NCBI RefSeq assembly: GCF_006345805.1
Contig: NC_043002.1
Coordinates: forward strand, 103,354,001 to 103,418,000
Origin: Octopus sinensis
Lineage: Eukaryota
DNA: 64,000 nucleotides
Reading direction: 5' to 3'
The position numbers and the translations under genes are program-made. The notes under the pieces are model-generated. The model was not told the origin of the DNA, did no database searches, and saw only the letters and a list, made by a program, of their open reading frames with translations. Below, piece by piece: positions 40,358 to 52,822 of the stretch. Numbering within the stretch: position 1 is the stretch's first letter; each line of letters opens with the position of its first letter.

Positions 40358-41110
40358 CTGGGAGATATCTAATGGTAGAGGAATAGTATTTAACTGCTAT
40401 TTCTAAATTTCTGTATATGGTGAAGCTATTTGCTGAACCCAATTTATAATTATGCTTATAATTATAGATTTCTTTATCTGTATAATGTTACCGATAGTGG
40501 TTCTTTTAACATACTGAACTACTTGGTAAGGATTATTAATTATTAATTAATTAATTAATTTTAACCGTTAGTGATATTGATAATATAATTAACACCCTGA
40601 TAGTAAACTGCAGTTTCTGCGGGATTACTAGTAACACCCGTGGGTGATTGGGGAAGAATGCGAGTTCTACCACGTCTGTATAAATTCGGAAGTACTGGTT
40701 TCTGGATATTAGTTATGCGGTGTCGCTTGGTCGAGTACGTATTTTAATTAATAGTACTCTCAAATGTATAATTGAAGTACAACCCTGAAGACAGAAATAA
40801 GTGTGTAAAAATAAAAATTTTACATCGCTTTAATCCAGAAACGCGTATCTGGTTGATCAAAGCCGTGTAGATTCGTAATTTTTTTCTCTTTACCTACGTG
40901 ATCTGGGAGTATTGCTGTCTGGGATATATCTTATGGTAGAGGAATAGTATTTGACTGCTATTTCTAAAATTTCGGTACTTGGTGAAGCAATGTGCTGAAC
41001 CCTAATTATAATTATGCTTATAATTTAAGAATTTTTTGTGTAAGGTTACCGATAATGGTTCATTTAACAAACCGAACAACCTGGTAAAAATTAATTAATT
41101 AATTAACTAA
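40354..41110. repeat. diverged ~200-bp direct repeats (40354-40560 and 40917-41110), pseudo-LTR-like
   Basis: gtctggga.atatct.atggtagaggaatagtattt.actgctatttctaaa...ggtgaagc...ttaattaattaa occurs twice, 563 bp apart. Confidence 0.75.
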
Positions 41111-41156
41111 TTTTACACTGTATTATATATATATATAATATATATATATTATATAT

Positions 41157-41187
<31 letters not shown>

Positions 41188-41516
41188 GTTTGTGTGCATA
41201 TATATATATATAGATATATATATATTATATATATATATATAATATGAGGGAATATTATTCCAAACTTACAGGGAAAAATTCAATTTAGAAATACTAAATC
41301 AAATTTCACAAAATATTATATATATAATATATATATATAAATTAGAAAAAGAACCCACCTTTTATCAATTCAATTATGACAAATTGAATACCATCTATAA
41401 AATTACGCATAGAAAGATTAAATATAAGATAAAACATATAACGATGATTAAGTAATGTGCAAAATAATAAATAAAGCGTATATATTTGGTAGAATAACTA
41501 TATATATATGTATATA

Positions 41517-41741
41517 CAGAGTTAGCTAAAAGTCACTTGACCGTAAAACAAAACTATATAAGTACCAGATTTAAGTTTAACAACTCTATGAATTTAAGAG
41601 CATCAAAATATGAAACGTCATAAAAATGTTCAAAATGAAGCCCTTTTTCAGCTTCACCGTTCCCCAAATGAATAAATAAAATTGAATATTAGGTATTTAT
41701 GAAATTTTAATGTACAGTCGACTGACTTTTGAACAACCCTG
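41517..41741. mobile_element. Tc1/mariner-type MITE (~225 bp)
   Basis: Imperfect ~30-bp TIRs (cagagttagctaaaagtcacttgaccgta vs rc cagggttgttcaaaagtcagtcgactgta) flanked by TA. Confidence 0.75.
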
Positions 41742-41858
41742 TATATAAATATATATATTTCAAAAAGGAAAATAATGATTTCACTGGTAGTTCTAATCAA
41801 TCAAATTAATTTTTTAATAATATAATTTTACAGTTGGTTTGTAGATCTATTAAGTGTT

Positions 41859-41899
<41 letters not shown>

Positions 41900-42042
41900 T
41901 ACATACAAATATAGAAACACACTCACTCACGCAAAACCACACATGCACACAAACATATATATATATATATTATATATATATAATATATATATATTATATA
42001 TATATACATACATGCATACATACAAGCATACATACAAACATA

Positions 42043-42902
42043 CAGATTGCGATGGGTAAATTGTCGCAATTTTATATATTTCATTTGGCGCGAATACATT
42101 GTTTTTGATTTTCTCGATTACACAGCATAGTATACGGGTAGTAGGACACCGTCTGTGAGAAGAAAATCCCCATGAAACAATTTGACATGCTGTACTGCTT
42201 GGCATTTCTGCCGGAAGCTGCAATACGAGCAGATTGTGAAATCAGAGCAAAATGGTTGGCTTGACACGGCAAGCCGTGTCCCCAACATATGTACTGATAT
42301 TGATAACATGAAACATCCAGTCAACCTCATGGTGTTTCGAGTGATCACTATTGACGGTGACGTTATACCTCCATTCATCTTCCAACACGGCCTCATACTC
42401 AACATAGATGCCTACATCAAGAGCCTGGATGAGTCAGTGCTGCCCTCCTTCATGAGGGTGGCTCCTGGAAGAGCCTTTGTCTGGCAACAGAACTCTGCGC
42501 CATGTCACACAAGCAGGAGAACTCAGTCATGGCTGTCACATAATTTCCGTGGTCACATCCTCCCTAACGTCTGTCTACCTAACTCCCCAAACTGAAATCC
42601 CCTTGATTATTATGTGTGGGGAGCAGTTGAGCGAGAGACCACCAAAACCCCTTGTAACACCAAAGAGGGATTATTGCAGCATAAACTTACTTAAAGAAGG
42701 ATACTGTGCAGAAGAGCTGCAGGAGATTTCGAAGTCGTCTGAGGTTATGTTGAAACGAAATGTCGATTTTATTGAATAAATCTACTCTTTAGTATTTCAA
42801 GATATATTTATGTAATCTTCGTTAATATATATTTTCAAATAAGATGTCAGTATTATTTTCACTTTTGCGTACATTAGTCCAAAATATATACACCGCACCT
42901 TG
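42043..42902 (+). mobile_element. internally deleted Tc1/mariner transposon, maT/DD37D-like
   Basis: KHPVNLMVFRVITIDGDVIPPFIF..GL.LN.DAYI...FVWQQNSAPCHTSRRTQSWL..NF......PNSP/..PLDYYVWGAVERET. Degenerate TIRs (cagattgcgatgg / caaggtgcggtg) flanked by TA. Confidence 0.85.
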
Positions 42903-42906
42903 TATA

Positions 42907-43022
<116 letters not shown>

Positions 43023-44055
43023 ATATATATACACATATACAAATGTATGTATGCGTGAAAGATGAAATGCAAAATTAACTAAGTTGATATATCTAATTGT
43101 AACTACATGAGAATAAAAATTAAATAACGGAACGTAGTCAGACAGAATGTGTTACGGTACTTAGCAGCTTTCTTGAATCTTCCGACGTTTGGTACCAGCA
43201 ACGGAGACTTAGCTATCAACCTTAAATGAGATCTTTCTGTGAAAAAAAGGAGCTTTGAAATAGTGGTTCGAACAGCGTTGGATAATATCTCCTTCTCTAA
43301 ATTTCCAACGTTCCGCCGTGGCTAAAAATAAATGTTATCAATATCTCTTTTGGCAACAAAAAAAAAAATCCGTCACACATTATTTTTTTTATTATTTCAT
43401 TATGAAATAGAATAATTTGCGGATTTAAAATAAAATAGCGTTATTTTTGCATTTCTACTGTAGTGGCTGCCTCTACTAGTCATGATGTTTCTGTTGATGT
43501 TTATGAGGAGGAGGAAGAAAACGACGACGATGCACGTATAGCAGCAGCTACAGTTATTATTGCAGTATCTGATGCTAATGATCTGGATAATCGTTCTATA
43601 CACCTATAAGAAGAAATTGTAAAAGAAATTTAGAAAGGAAAAAAATGCGAGATCGATATGTGCTCATTTAAAAAGGTGAGATCTTTTAGTAAGTGTATTA
43701 TTATAAAACATTTACACATTAATGAAAATACAATACTGCAGACAATTCGATATAATTAGGGCGAAACACCAAATTAATTTCATTGGAACACTTGTTGAGC
43801 TTCGAATTAATATTATAGTTTTTTTGGATGTGTTGCCATGGATACAGATGCAGTGTTTTCTGTTCTTGTTTATTTTATTTATTCCATTTGATATTGGCAA
43901 TCGCGTTTTATCTAGACAGATGATGTTCATGCGGATAATGACAATTCTAGCTTCTCATTTTGTAACAAAGACAGTTTTTTAAGAAGAAAGTCACGTATGA
44001 CGGGATGGTCACTGGAGCTAAAATATTTTGTTAAATATTTGTTTAACTCCCGTTA

Positions 44056-44395
44056 TATATAAATTGGAAAAATAAAACACCTTTTATCAATTCAGTTATG
44101 AAAAATTAAATTATACCATCTATAAAATTACATATTATAGAACGATTAAATATAAGTTAAAACATATAACGATGATTAAGTAATGTGCAAAATAATAAAT
44201 AAAGCGTATATATTTGGTAGAATAACGATATATATATATATACAGAGTTAGCTAAAAGTCACTTGACCGTAAGACAAAACTATATAAGTCCCAGATTTAA
44301 GTTTAACAACTCTATGAATTTAAGAGCATCAAAATATGAAACATCATAAAAATGTTCAAAATGAAGCCCTTTTTCAGCTTCACCGTTCCTCAAAT
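44056..44395 (+). repeat. near-identical duplicate of 41335-41667 (unique flank plus left half of the MITE)
   Basis: Long identical stretches, e.g. aaaacatataacgatgattaagtaatgtgcaaaataataaataaagcgtatatatttggtagaataac. Confidence 0.9.
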
Positions 44396-46077
44396 GTTGT
44401 TGTTGCATTGAATGGTTTCGTTCTCTGCTTAGATTTTGGCAGGACAGGGGAGATCTATGATCTCATGTAACTCCCGGCAAAGACGATAGACAAATGTCTA
44501 AGAGCTGGACCTTTTGCTCAGTATGATGAGCTTGTAAAGCCTTCGCCACAGCACCTTCAATTGGACATCATTAACGTATTGTTTTGTCGTTTATTGATCA
44601 TGGCAACTTCCATGATTTTAGTGACCCACCGGATCACCTATAACTGAATATTACACCGGTATATGAATTATGACTAGAAAGCAAATGATGACGTTGTCTC
44701 CGATGTCTTCAACGGGGGTAATCGTGTTTCTTTTGTTAGACGGATGTATCTCATGTCATTTGTTGTTAGATTCTAGCACGATCGTCAGTTTTGAAGGTTA
44801 AACTGAAAGAAATGGTCCAATACGTATTCCAGTTCCCAATAAAAGGGATTTTCACGAAGAACCTTTTTGATATTAGTTCGATACAAAATAAACAAAAGTT
44901 CCATATATTAGTTTACCCACAGAAATTATTTTTACGTAACCCCAGCCTTGTGTAATTCTATCATATGCTTTGAGAAGCTGGCAACTGTATCGTTAATAAA
45001 ACACTGGCAAACACTGCTATTTTCAAGTATGTCTATCATATCTAGCCGTTTCCTGTTTCAAGATACATTAACAAACAATAAACCTTAGGAAGCACACGCC
45101 ACACTTCAGTCGTTTCACTGTGTGTGTGTACGTCTTCTGATGGTGTTGACAAATATGGCTGATTTCTTAGCTAAAGTAATGCTTCAATGATCATCGTTCC
45201 CTTTTTCCCACCAGAATTAGCAGATCAACTGAAGTGAATTTGTCTAAACGGAGAATCGCATTTCGTTATGCATTCTGAGTCTGTTACACACAATCTGTAC
45301 TAATCTACGCTAAACACAAACTAATAATTAACCAATCAGTGAGTCTTGTCTGGAATGATTTTGTAATGAGTTGTTCGATCAAGACTAACCAAAAAAAAAA
45401 AGAAAAGAAAACAGACACAAAGCTAATAAACATTCGGGTAATTAACATAGGTACAAGGTCAAATATTTTCCGCTGAGAGGACACTAACGTTAATATCGAT
45501 CGAGGTAATTGATCGATATTCATTTTATCGATCTAATCATGAGATATAATCAAGGGCATGCATTTTGTGAGAGTGCATGTAATTAATTAAATCAACTCCG
45601 TGTATTACCTGATAATGACATTATCAACCACAGAATATCTTCTTAATCAAAAGAGAAAGTAATAGTGCCAATGGCTTGATAGCAAACCTGTTCAATCAGT
45701 GGGCGACAAGACAGCAATAACTTTACGACTCGATACGAACGTCTCCTTATTACGCTCTGACATGCTAGAACTAGCAGCTATATCATCTCTAAATTTTTGT
45801 TGTACTAAAACAGAAAGAATAGCAATATACACACGAACAAAAAAATAGCGGATAGTCGCTGTGGTGTACATCGTAGAATAGATTCACTAGATAAACGTAT
45901 TAATAGGTTATGATATACTAACAATGAAAGCGAGCAGTGATAGCAACAACAAAACCAATACCAGACATATGTAACACAAATTCGAAATTCAAAGCAAATT
46001 CATTAAAGAAGCAAATATTTCTGTTTTAGAATAACAATCTTAATTAATCACTACATACCCAACAATAGCAGCAGCAT

Positions 46078-46584
46078 CTGTAGTAGTAGTAGTAGCAGTA
46101 GTAGTAGTATTAGTATTAGTAGTAGTAGTAGTAGTACCAGCAGTAGTAGTAGAGGTAGTAGTAGTAGTAGTAGTAGTAGTAGAGGTAGTAGTAGTAGAGG
46201 TAGTAGTAGTAGTAGTAGAGGTAGTAGTAGTGGTAGTAGTAGTAGAGGTAGTAGTAGTAGTAGAAGAGGTAGTAGTAGTAGTAGTAGAAGAGGTAGTAGT
46301 AGTAGTAGTAGTAGTAGAGGTAGTAGTAGTAGTAGTAGTAGTAGTAGAGGTAGTAGTAGTAGAGTAGTAGTAGTAGTAGTAGAGGTAGTAGTAGTAGTGG
46401 TAGTAGTAGTAGAGGTAGTAGTAGTAGTAGTAGTAGTAGTTAGTAGTAGTAGTAGAAGAGGTAGTAGTAGTAGTACCAGCAGTAGCAGTAGTAGTAGTAG
46501 TAGAGGTAGTAGTAGTAGTAGTAGAAGAGTTAGTAGTAGTAGTACTAGTAGTACCAGCAGCAGTAGTAGTAGTAGCAGTAGTAC

Positions 46585-46626
<42 letters not shown>

Positions 46627-46866
46627 TAGTAGTAGTAGAGGTAGTAGTAGTAGAGGTAGTAGTAGTAGTAGTAGAGGTAGTAGTAGTGGTAGTAGTAGTA
46701 GAGGTAGTAGTAGTAGAAGAGGTAGTAGTAGTAGTAGAAGAGGTAGTAGTAGTAGTACCAGCAGTAGCAGTAGTAGTAGTAGTAGAGGTAGTAGTAGTAG
46801 TAGTAGAAGAGTTAGTAGTAGTAGTACTAGTAGTACCAGCAGCAGTAGTAGTAGTAGCAGTAGTAC

Positions 46867-46932
<66 letters not shown>

Positions 46933-46966
46933 CAGTAGTAGTAGTAGCAGTAGTAGTAGTAGTAGT
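46078..46966. repeat. (TAG)n/(CAG)n array with a 282-bp higher-order duplication
   Basis: The interruption pattern taccagcagtagcag recurs at 46474 and 46756. Confidence 0.93.
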
Positions 46967-47284
46967 TTTCATTGCTTGTTTAACAAATGTCACATTGGTG
47001 TCGTAAGCGTCGATGCAAATCGGTGTACATGGACTCTGAAGAAGCTGGTCAGTCTCACATATGTCTAAACACGGAGGCGTGCGGTTATGTGGAAGCATAT
47101 ATTGTGGAAGCATATATTGTGAAATTACAGTTTGTGTTTTAAGTTTTCACCTGTGGAACATTAGAAATATGTCAATAAAGAAATATTGATGTGAGATGCT
47201 GCACAGTTTACTGAGGAACCGTTAGAAGACACCTACGTATAATTACGTCGCCCACGAAGAGTATATATGGTAAATATTCATGTC

Positions 47285-47455
47285 GCAGGCGGGGTTGTAT
47301 GGTAAGAGTTTGCTTCTAGACAACATCGTTCCGGGTCCAGTCCCACTGCGTAGCACCTACGGCAAGTGACTTCTTCTACAACATCAGGCCGACAAAGGCC
47401 TGTGAGTGAATTTGGTAGATGGAAGCTGAAAAAAAGCTCCTGTGCATGTCTATAT
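47285..47455 (+). mobile_element. third SINE family copy (tRNA-like head, ggcaagt core)
   Basis: Aligns with 51394-51560 (gttcagtcccact.cgtagcac...ggccgac.aaa.cctgtgagtg.atttggtaga..ctgaaa). Confidence 0.75.
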
Positions 47456-47599
47456 AAAAGCCATACAAAACAAAGACACACCACGTGACATTCCAGCCAC
47501 AGCAAATTACACCAGTCAGCAGACTGTTGCCTGAGTGTTGCATCAAGTGGTAGAAACTCGAACAGCAAACAAATCTTCCCATAAAGACAAAGGACTACC

Positions 47600-47834
47600 C
47601 GCGCGCGCGCGTGTATATATATATATATACACACATATATATGTATATATATACATATATATACATATATACATATATATACGTATATATATATATATTA
47701 TATATATATATATATATAATATATATATACATATATATACATATATATATGTATATATATATATACGTATATATGTATATATATGTATATATGTATATAT
47801 ATATATATATATATACATATATGATATATATATA

Positions 47835-47903
<69 letters not shown>

Positions 47904-47912
47904 TTATATATA
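47600..47912. repeat. (CG)6 followed by a long (TA)n microsatellite
   Basis: Directly visible. Confidence 0.9.
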
Positions 47913-48870
47913 AGGCGAGCTGACAGAAATGTTAGCAAGCTGGGCGAGATTAAAACGAGTGATTGGGAGTGATGGAGAGAGTGGTAACATTCATCGAGTT
48001 GTGTCATGCATTTGTTTAAAATACTGAAGACAACAAAAAATAATTAATTACCTTATAATAGTTTTGCGCCATCAATATTTATGCGTAAATCTACGGTCAA
48101 TATATACTTTGTAAACAAAAGCAAAACCTAAATACAACCAGATACTATTTATAGATAATTTGTATTAAAACTAAGTACACTAAACTTGTAATTACTATTA
48201 AGATAATATGTTTTATCTCAAATTCAGTTTTATTAATTATTAAAAAATTTCAACGAGATATTTATTAGAAATATGCTTAATTGAATTCATAGTAAAATAC
48301 CAATACCTTGCCACGTATAGAAGACATAACGGCCATCTAAAGTATTGAATTAATATATCTTATTATACATTATATATATATTTTTAATCACTATTACATC
48401 TTCTAACAATTTTTTAACGTTTATCTTCTGTGATGATTATATATTTAATGGTAGTTTTAAGAGTCAATTTACATGCGCGAACACATGAAAAAACAGTCTG
48501 TATTTTAACATTTAAGAGAATTCTCCTAGAATATAAGATCAAAAATAATAATTCCTTCTAGGCAGAGAAAGCAAAAGGAGATTCCAGGCTTATAAATTTT
48601 TTGTTGTCTTTCAAGTCACAAATAAATTTTTAATAACATTTTGCATAGCACCTATGTACAGAAACCTTTTACCTTCAAATATCAGCTTTACATCACTAAA
48701 CAACATTGTTTTGTTCACAATAATTTTTAAATGAACATTATTTTCTAATCCTTCAATCACGAAAAGTATTTTCAATAGGACTCGTGTTATTACTCTTCTG
48801 CACATCATTACATTTTGTATAATTGCTACTTGCCATTTTATTTACATTCAAAACGTTGAGATGGGATTTG

Positions 48871-48898
48871 ACACGGGTTGTTTCCCGTGGCACACTAG
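48871..48898 (+). mobile_element. possible Helitron 3' terminus
   Basis: cacggg-ttgttt-cccgtg hairpin followed by gcacaCTAG. The next base is A rather than the usual T and no 5' end was located. Confidence 0.4.
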
Positions 48899-49574
48899 AA
48901 GCCCCAAATTCGCTTTCAGTACTAGCGTTTATTCCATTAGTGTTACTGTTATGAAGTTTACAACTATTAGAATTATTATAGAAATTACATAATTTTCATT
49001 TATTAATTGAAGATATAATAATACGGAATAACAAATTCTAAGAAGCCTGGAGTTGAAAATTTCTATTTTCCTTTGTAAAGTGCTTAGAGAAAAGTTTGTA
49101 TAAGGTTCCAATGAAATAACCTTTAATTTGCTTAGCAATTTGAACTATGAACCGAACAATGTTGTTTTTACCAGGAGATACATCATAATTTGCAAATTTT
49201 AGAGCACTCTTAAGTATATAAGGGCTTTGTTTTTTATCCCGTTATTCGTATTCCTGATGGTATGTAGACGATTAGAAGAACGGAATAATACATTGACTCT
49301 CATATATTGTACGTCATTTTTCACGTTTGGACAATTAACCTTACTTAACCTACGCTAATTCCCATTTATGACTATTTGTTTAAAATCAGTGATAATATAG
49401 GAAACATCAATGTTGTTGGAGGTGCTGAGGCCAATATTTTTAGGCTAATATTTTAATCTTTGTTTGTATCCAGCTCTACTAAGTGCCACATTATAATAGT
49501 CGGTATTAGACGATAAATTACAAATTGTTTTAGAAATATTATTTTAAAAAATGTCTTTTACAAAACCAGGATGA

Positions 49575-49830
49575 CTACTTTCGACATTTATATACTTAAG
49601 ATCGGCTTGCGGTATACGGATGTCCTGAATCCATACTTGGTGTGTGTTTTTAATACGTCCAGTAATGTCTGCTAATTGTCTTTTTTACTTTTCCATCGTC
49701 AAAACTATGGGTGGCTTTATTGGGTTCACATGATCTAACAGCACTTGAGCATCTTCCTGATGAGGCCAGAGTATAAAGGTGTCATCAATATATTGTACCA
49801 ATAGTGTTGGTTTTAGTGGTGTTGAAATTT
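49575..49830 (-). mobile_element. degenerate Penelope-like reverse transcriptase fragment
   Basis: PLKPTLLVQYIDDTFILWPHQEDAQVLLDHVNPIKPPIVLTMEK (YIDD at 49781-49792), then a frameshifted GFRTSVYRKP-like segment. This is the typical PLE RT domain 5-7 signature. Confidence 0.85.
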
Positions 49831-50249
49831 GAGAATTTGGCTTTAAGACTGCACTTACTCCATCCCATGCAGCTGTGGTAGGTTATACAAAGGCGAAACA
49901 TGCCGCCCCCTCAAAATAAGGGGAGACAAATATCGCAAAGCTTTGTCACGAGGAGATATTGATAAATCGGGAATAGCTCACCATGTATGGAAAAATGGAG
50001 CCAATCTCCCCTTGTAGGATGAAGTTAAATTAATAGACAGAGAACACCACTGAAAAATACGAAAACTAAAAGAAGCAGCACATATGCAAGGAAACAACAA
50101 CCACTTAAGCAGACTGAGTGCAGATATAAACAGCATATGGGAACCGGTATTAAGGAAGGATAGAAAAATATTAGATTTATAAGCCCTAAAATTCACTCCA
50201 TAATTGCACAAGATTCCGAGTTCGAATCCACGCAGTGACCTGAACAACG

Positions 50250-50250
50250 A

Positions 50251-50307
<57 letters not shown>

Positions 50308-50342
50308 AACTACTACTACTACTACTACTACTAATGCTGCTG

Positions 50343-50373
<31 letters not shown>

Positions 50374-50423
50374 AACTACTACTGCTACTACTACTTCTAC
50401 TACTACTGCTGCTACTACTACTT

Positions 50424-50471
<48 letters not shown>

Positions 50472-50500
50472 ATAATAATAATAATAATGATGATGAAAAT
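50250..50500. repeat. (TAC)n/(AAT)n microsatellite
   Basis: Directly visible. Confidence 0.95.
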
Positions 50501-50565
50501 AATGATAATAAAAATAACATCGAAAAATACCTTAAATGAGAAGGCAAGTTCGAAATTTGCTCAAG

Positions 50566-50609
50566 ACACCTGAAGAAGGTTGGAGGGTATATCAAGCGAA
50601 AGGTTGTGT
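50566..50609 (+). ncRNA. degenerate minimal type I hammerhead in a Penelope-type pseudo-LTR
   Basis: acac CTGAAGA a GGTTG-gagggtatat-CAAGC GAAAG GTT gtgt. Stem I acac/gtgt; one stem II mismatch and a C15.2>G change. Confidence 0.5.
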
Positions 50610-51393
50610 TGACAACAAACAAGATGAGGATAAATATCCGTATCTCTAAAATATAGAACTATAAACATCGTTTATATTCCATAATATATTTAACGCAGAC
50701 ATTTCGAATCTCTAAACCAACCATAACATGTAGGGTCATTAGACGTTGATAGATTTTGTCAACAAGTAGCAATACGTAGCAACTAGCAAACATTAGAGCA
50801 GATTTTAAAGTTGTATCTTCCATTAATAAAACGGGAATATTTTCTCATGTGACACTTGAACAACTCTCTAAAGGCGTTATATCTATATTCTATATCTGAA
50901 TAATGGACTATCACCAAACGTGTTAAGTAGGTTAACACCAATTATTCTAGTCCGATTGATATTGCTAAATAGATGAAAAAATATTTCAACGATTTATTTC
51001 GTAATTGTACATTAATTACAATAACATTCATTTGTATTTATACACGAAATTTTATTTTAGATGGCATATATTGCTAGGTTTGAAAAGAAGTGTGTAAGCG
51101 TGTATCTATGCACACATGTATGTACGTTGTGTTTATGCGTGTGATTGTATGCGTGTGTATTAATGTACGTATGTGTCTATATTCTATGTATTTATGAGTA
51201 TAAAAGCTCCATGAGTCTATGAAAATACTGAAAAACATATTGATCCAAAGATCTCCTGTCTTCGGTTTGTCCAAATTCAGAGATTTATTCAGTAACTTAG
51301 CTCTTCACACTGAACACCGCTTACACCTTCTTGATTTCATATGATCCGATTAATGAACGCTCCGCATTTTCTTATTCTCTTCTGTATACAGAA

Positions 51394-51559
51394 TAGGCGC
51401 AGCAGTGGCTTTGCGGTAGTAAGCTTGTTTCCCAAACACATAGTTCCCTGTTCAGTCCCACTACGTAGCATCTTGGGTAAGTGTCTTCTATAGCCTGGGG
51501 CCGACCAAAACCTTGTGAGTGTATTTGGTAGAGGCAACTGAAAGAAGCCCGTCGTACAT

Positions 51560-51560
<1 letters not shown>
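51394..51560 (+). mobile_element. third SINE family copy
   Basis: tRNA-like head, cttgggtaagtgtcttctatagc core, and tail ctgaaagaagcccgtcgta running into (CA)n. Confidence 0.8.
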
Positions 51561-51596
<36 letters not shown>

Positions 51597-51645
51597 ATGT
51601 ACATAAATCATCATCTCTTAAATATAGAACTGTATTATATCTATC

Positions 51646-51688
<43 letters not shown>

Positions 51689-51789
51689 TATATGTATGTA
51701 TGTATGTATATCTATTTGCGTATCTATGTTTGTCCTACCCCATCTCGTTTGACAACCTTGTTTGGTTTGGTGTGTTCGGAAATAGAGAC

Positions 51790-52148
51790 AAATAATGCTT
51801 GTCCTCACACAGCTTGACTGAAAGAACTTGGTTGGGAAATACTGTCTCATCCTGCATATTCGCGTGACCTTGCTACTTCTGATTACCATTTGTTCGGAGG
51901 ACCACAGAACCAATTTGATGAACTTAGGTTAATAGGAAGAGAAGAGATTGAAAACGAGTTGGATTCATATTTTGGTTCTAAACCTACAGAATTTTACAAG
52001 CGAAGCATTTATATGGTTGGTGAAAGATGGAATGAAGTCATTGAAGGCAATGGAGAGTATGTTTATGAATATATATTTCCATAGTCAATGGATTATTCCT
52101 TTTTACCTTAGATCTTTAAATCGGACATTACTTTTGCAGCAACCTGAT
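51790..52148 (+). mobile_element. mariner (DD34D, cecropia/Hsmar1-like) 3' fragment with right TIR
   Basis: NNACPHT..LKELGWEILSHPAYSRDLATSDYHLF..QN....ERW..VIEGNGEY. The terminus rc tatcaggttgctgcaaaagtaatg closely resembles the Hsmar1/MADE1 TIR as I recall it (tattaggttggtgcaaaagtaattg). Confidence 0.88.
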
Positions 52149-52155
52149 ACATATA

Positions 52156-52573
52156 TAAGCGGTCAGCTTTATTCTTATTTTTATAAGAATGTCATATTAG
52201 TATGGCGATAACTAATATTTTCCGGGAACGCTGCCGTTGTTCTCTTTTAGAGAGACTTAGTAATTTTAATATTTCTATTATTGAAAACAAGTGGATGTAT
52301 TCCACCGAAGCTAGGTAAATAAAACCTTTGAACAGAGATTGTCAGAAGCGACACCTACTGGTTTGGCTACGCTGCATTGAAAAGGGCAATACCCCGAAAC
52401 GCGTCTGTAGCTGCCGGCCAAGTAGTGTGGAGCGACTGACCTCCCTTGTTCAAAGGTTATATGGATACAGTTTGTGTATCAAATAGCTAACTTAAGGCGA
52501 TGGCCTCATGGAGCTAATAAGCGGTCAGCTTTATTCTTATTTTTATAAGAATGCCATATTAGTATGGCGATAA

Positions 52574-52580
<7 letters not shown>
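52156..52580 (+). mobile_element. 362-bp unit with ~62-bp terminal redundancy carrying a hammerhead (retrozyme / PLE pseudo-LTR-like)
   Basis: taagcggtcagctttattcttatttttataagaatg.catattagtatggcgataactaatat occurs at 52156 and 52518. TA-rich flanks. Confidence 0.72.
52371..52411 (+). ncRNA. type I hammerhead ribozyme with U3-A8 core variant
   Basis: gctgca TTGAAAA GGG-caatac-CCC GAAAC gc GTC tgtagc: 6-bp stem I, 3-bp GC stem II, palindromic stem III (ACGCGT), GUC cleavage triplet. Confidence 0.72.
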
Positions 52581-52617
<37 letters not shown>

Positions 52618-52620
<3 letters not shown>

Positions 52621-52822
52621 AGAATTCACGAAAAAAAAAACAACAAAAGACGAAGACAGGTAGTGTAGAAAACAAACAGATGTGTTAGTATAACGCTCGG
52701 GAATTGAAAAAGTCTTTTACGTTTCGAGCCTACGCTCTTCCACAGAAAGGAACACAGGAAGAAAAAAAGGAGAGAAATAAGGAGAGAAAAATGTGTGTAG
52801 TGGCTACCGATCTATCATGGCG
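52618..52822 (-). mobile_element. short Penelope-type repeat with minimal hammerhead-like motif (52714-52749)
   Basis: Minus: cttt CTGTGGA a GAGC-gtag-GCTC GAAAC GTA aaag. Same family as 8822-8935. Confidence 0.65.

Noticed and set aside
47600-47612. (CG)6 Z-DNA-prone tract (also 60627-60643)
   Set aside because: Short and part of ordinary purine-pyrimidine microsatellites.
49755-49770. CTGATGAGGCC as a hammerhead core
   Set aside because: It is the antisense of Penelope RT codons (WPHQE), with no downstream stem II-GAAAC in register.
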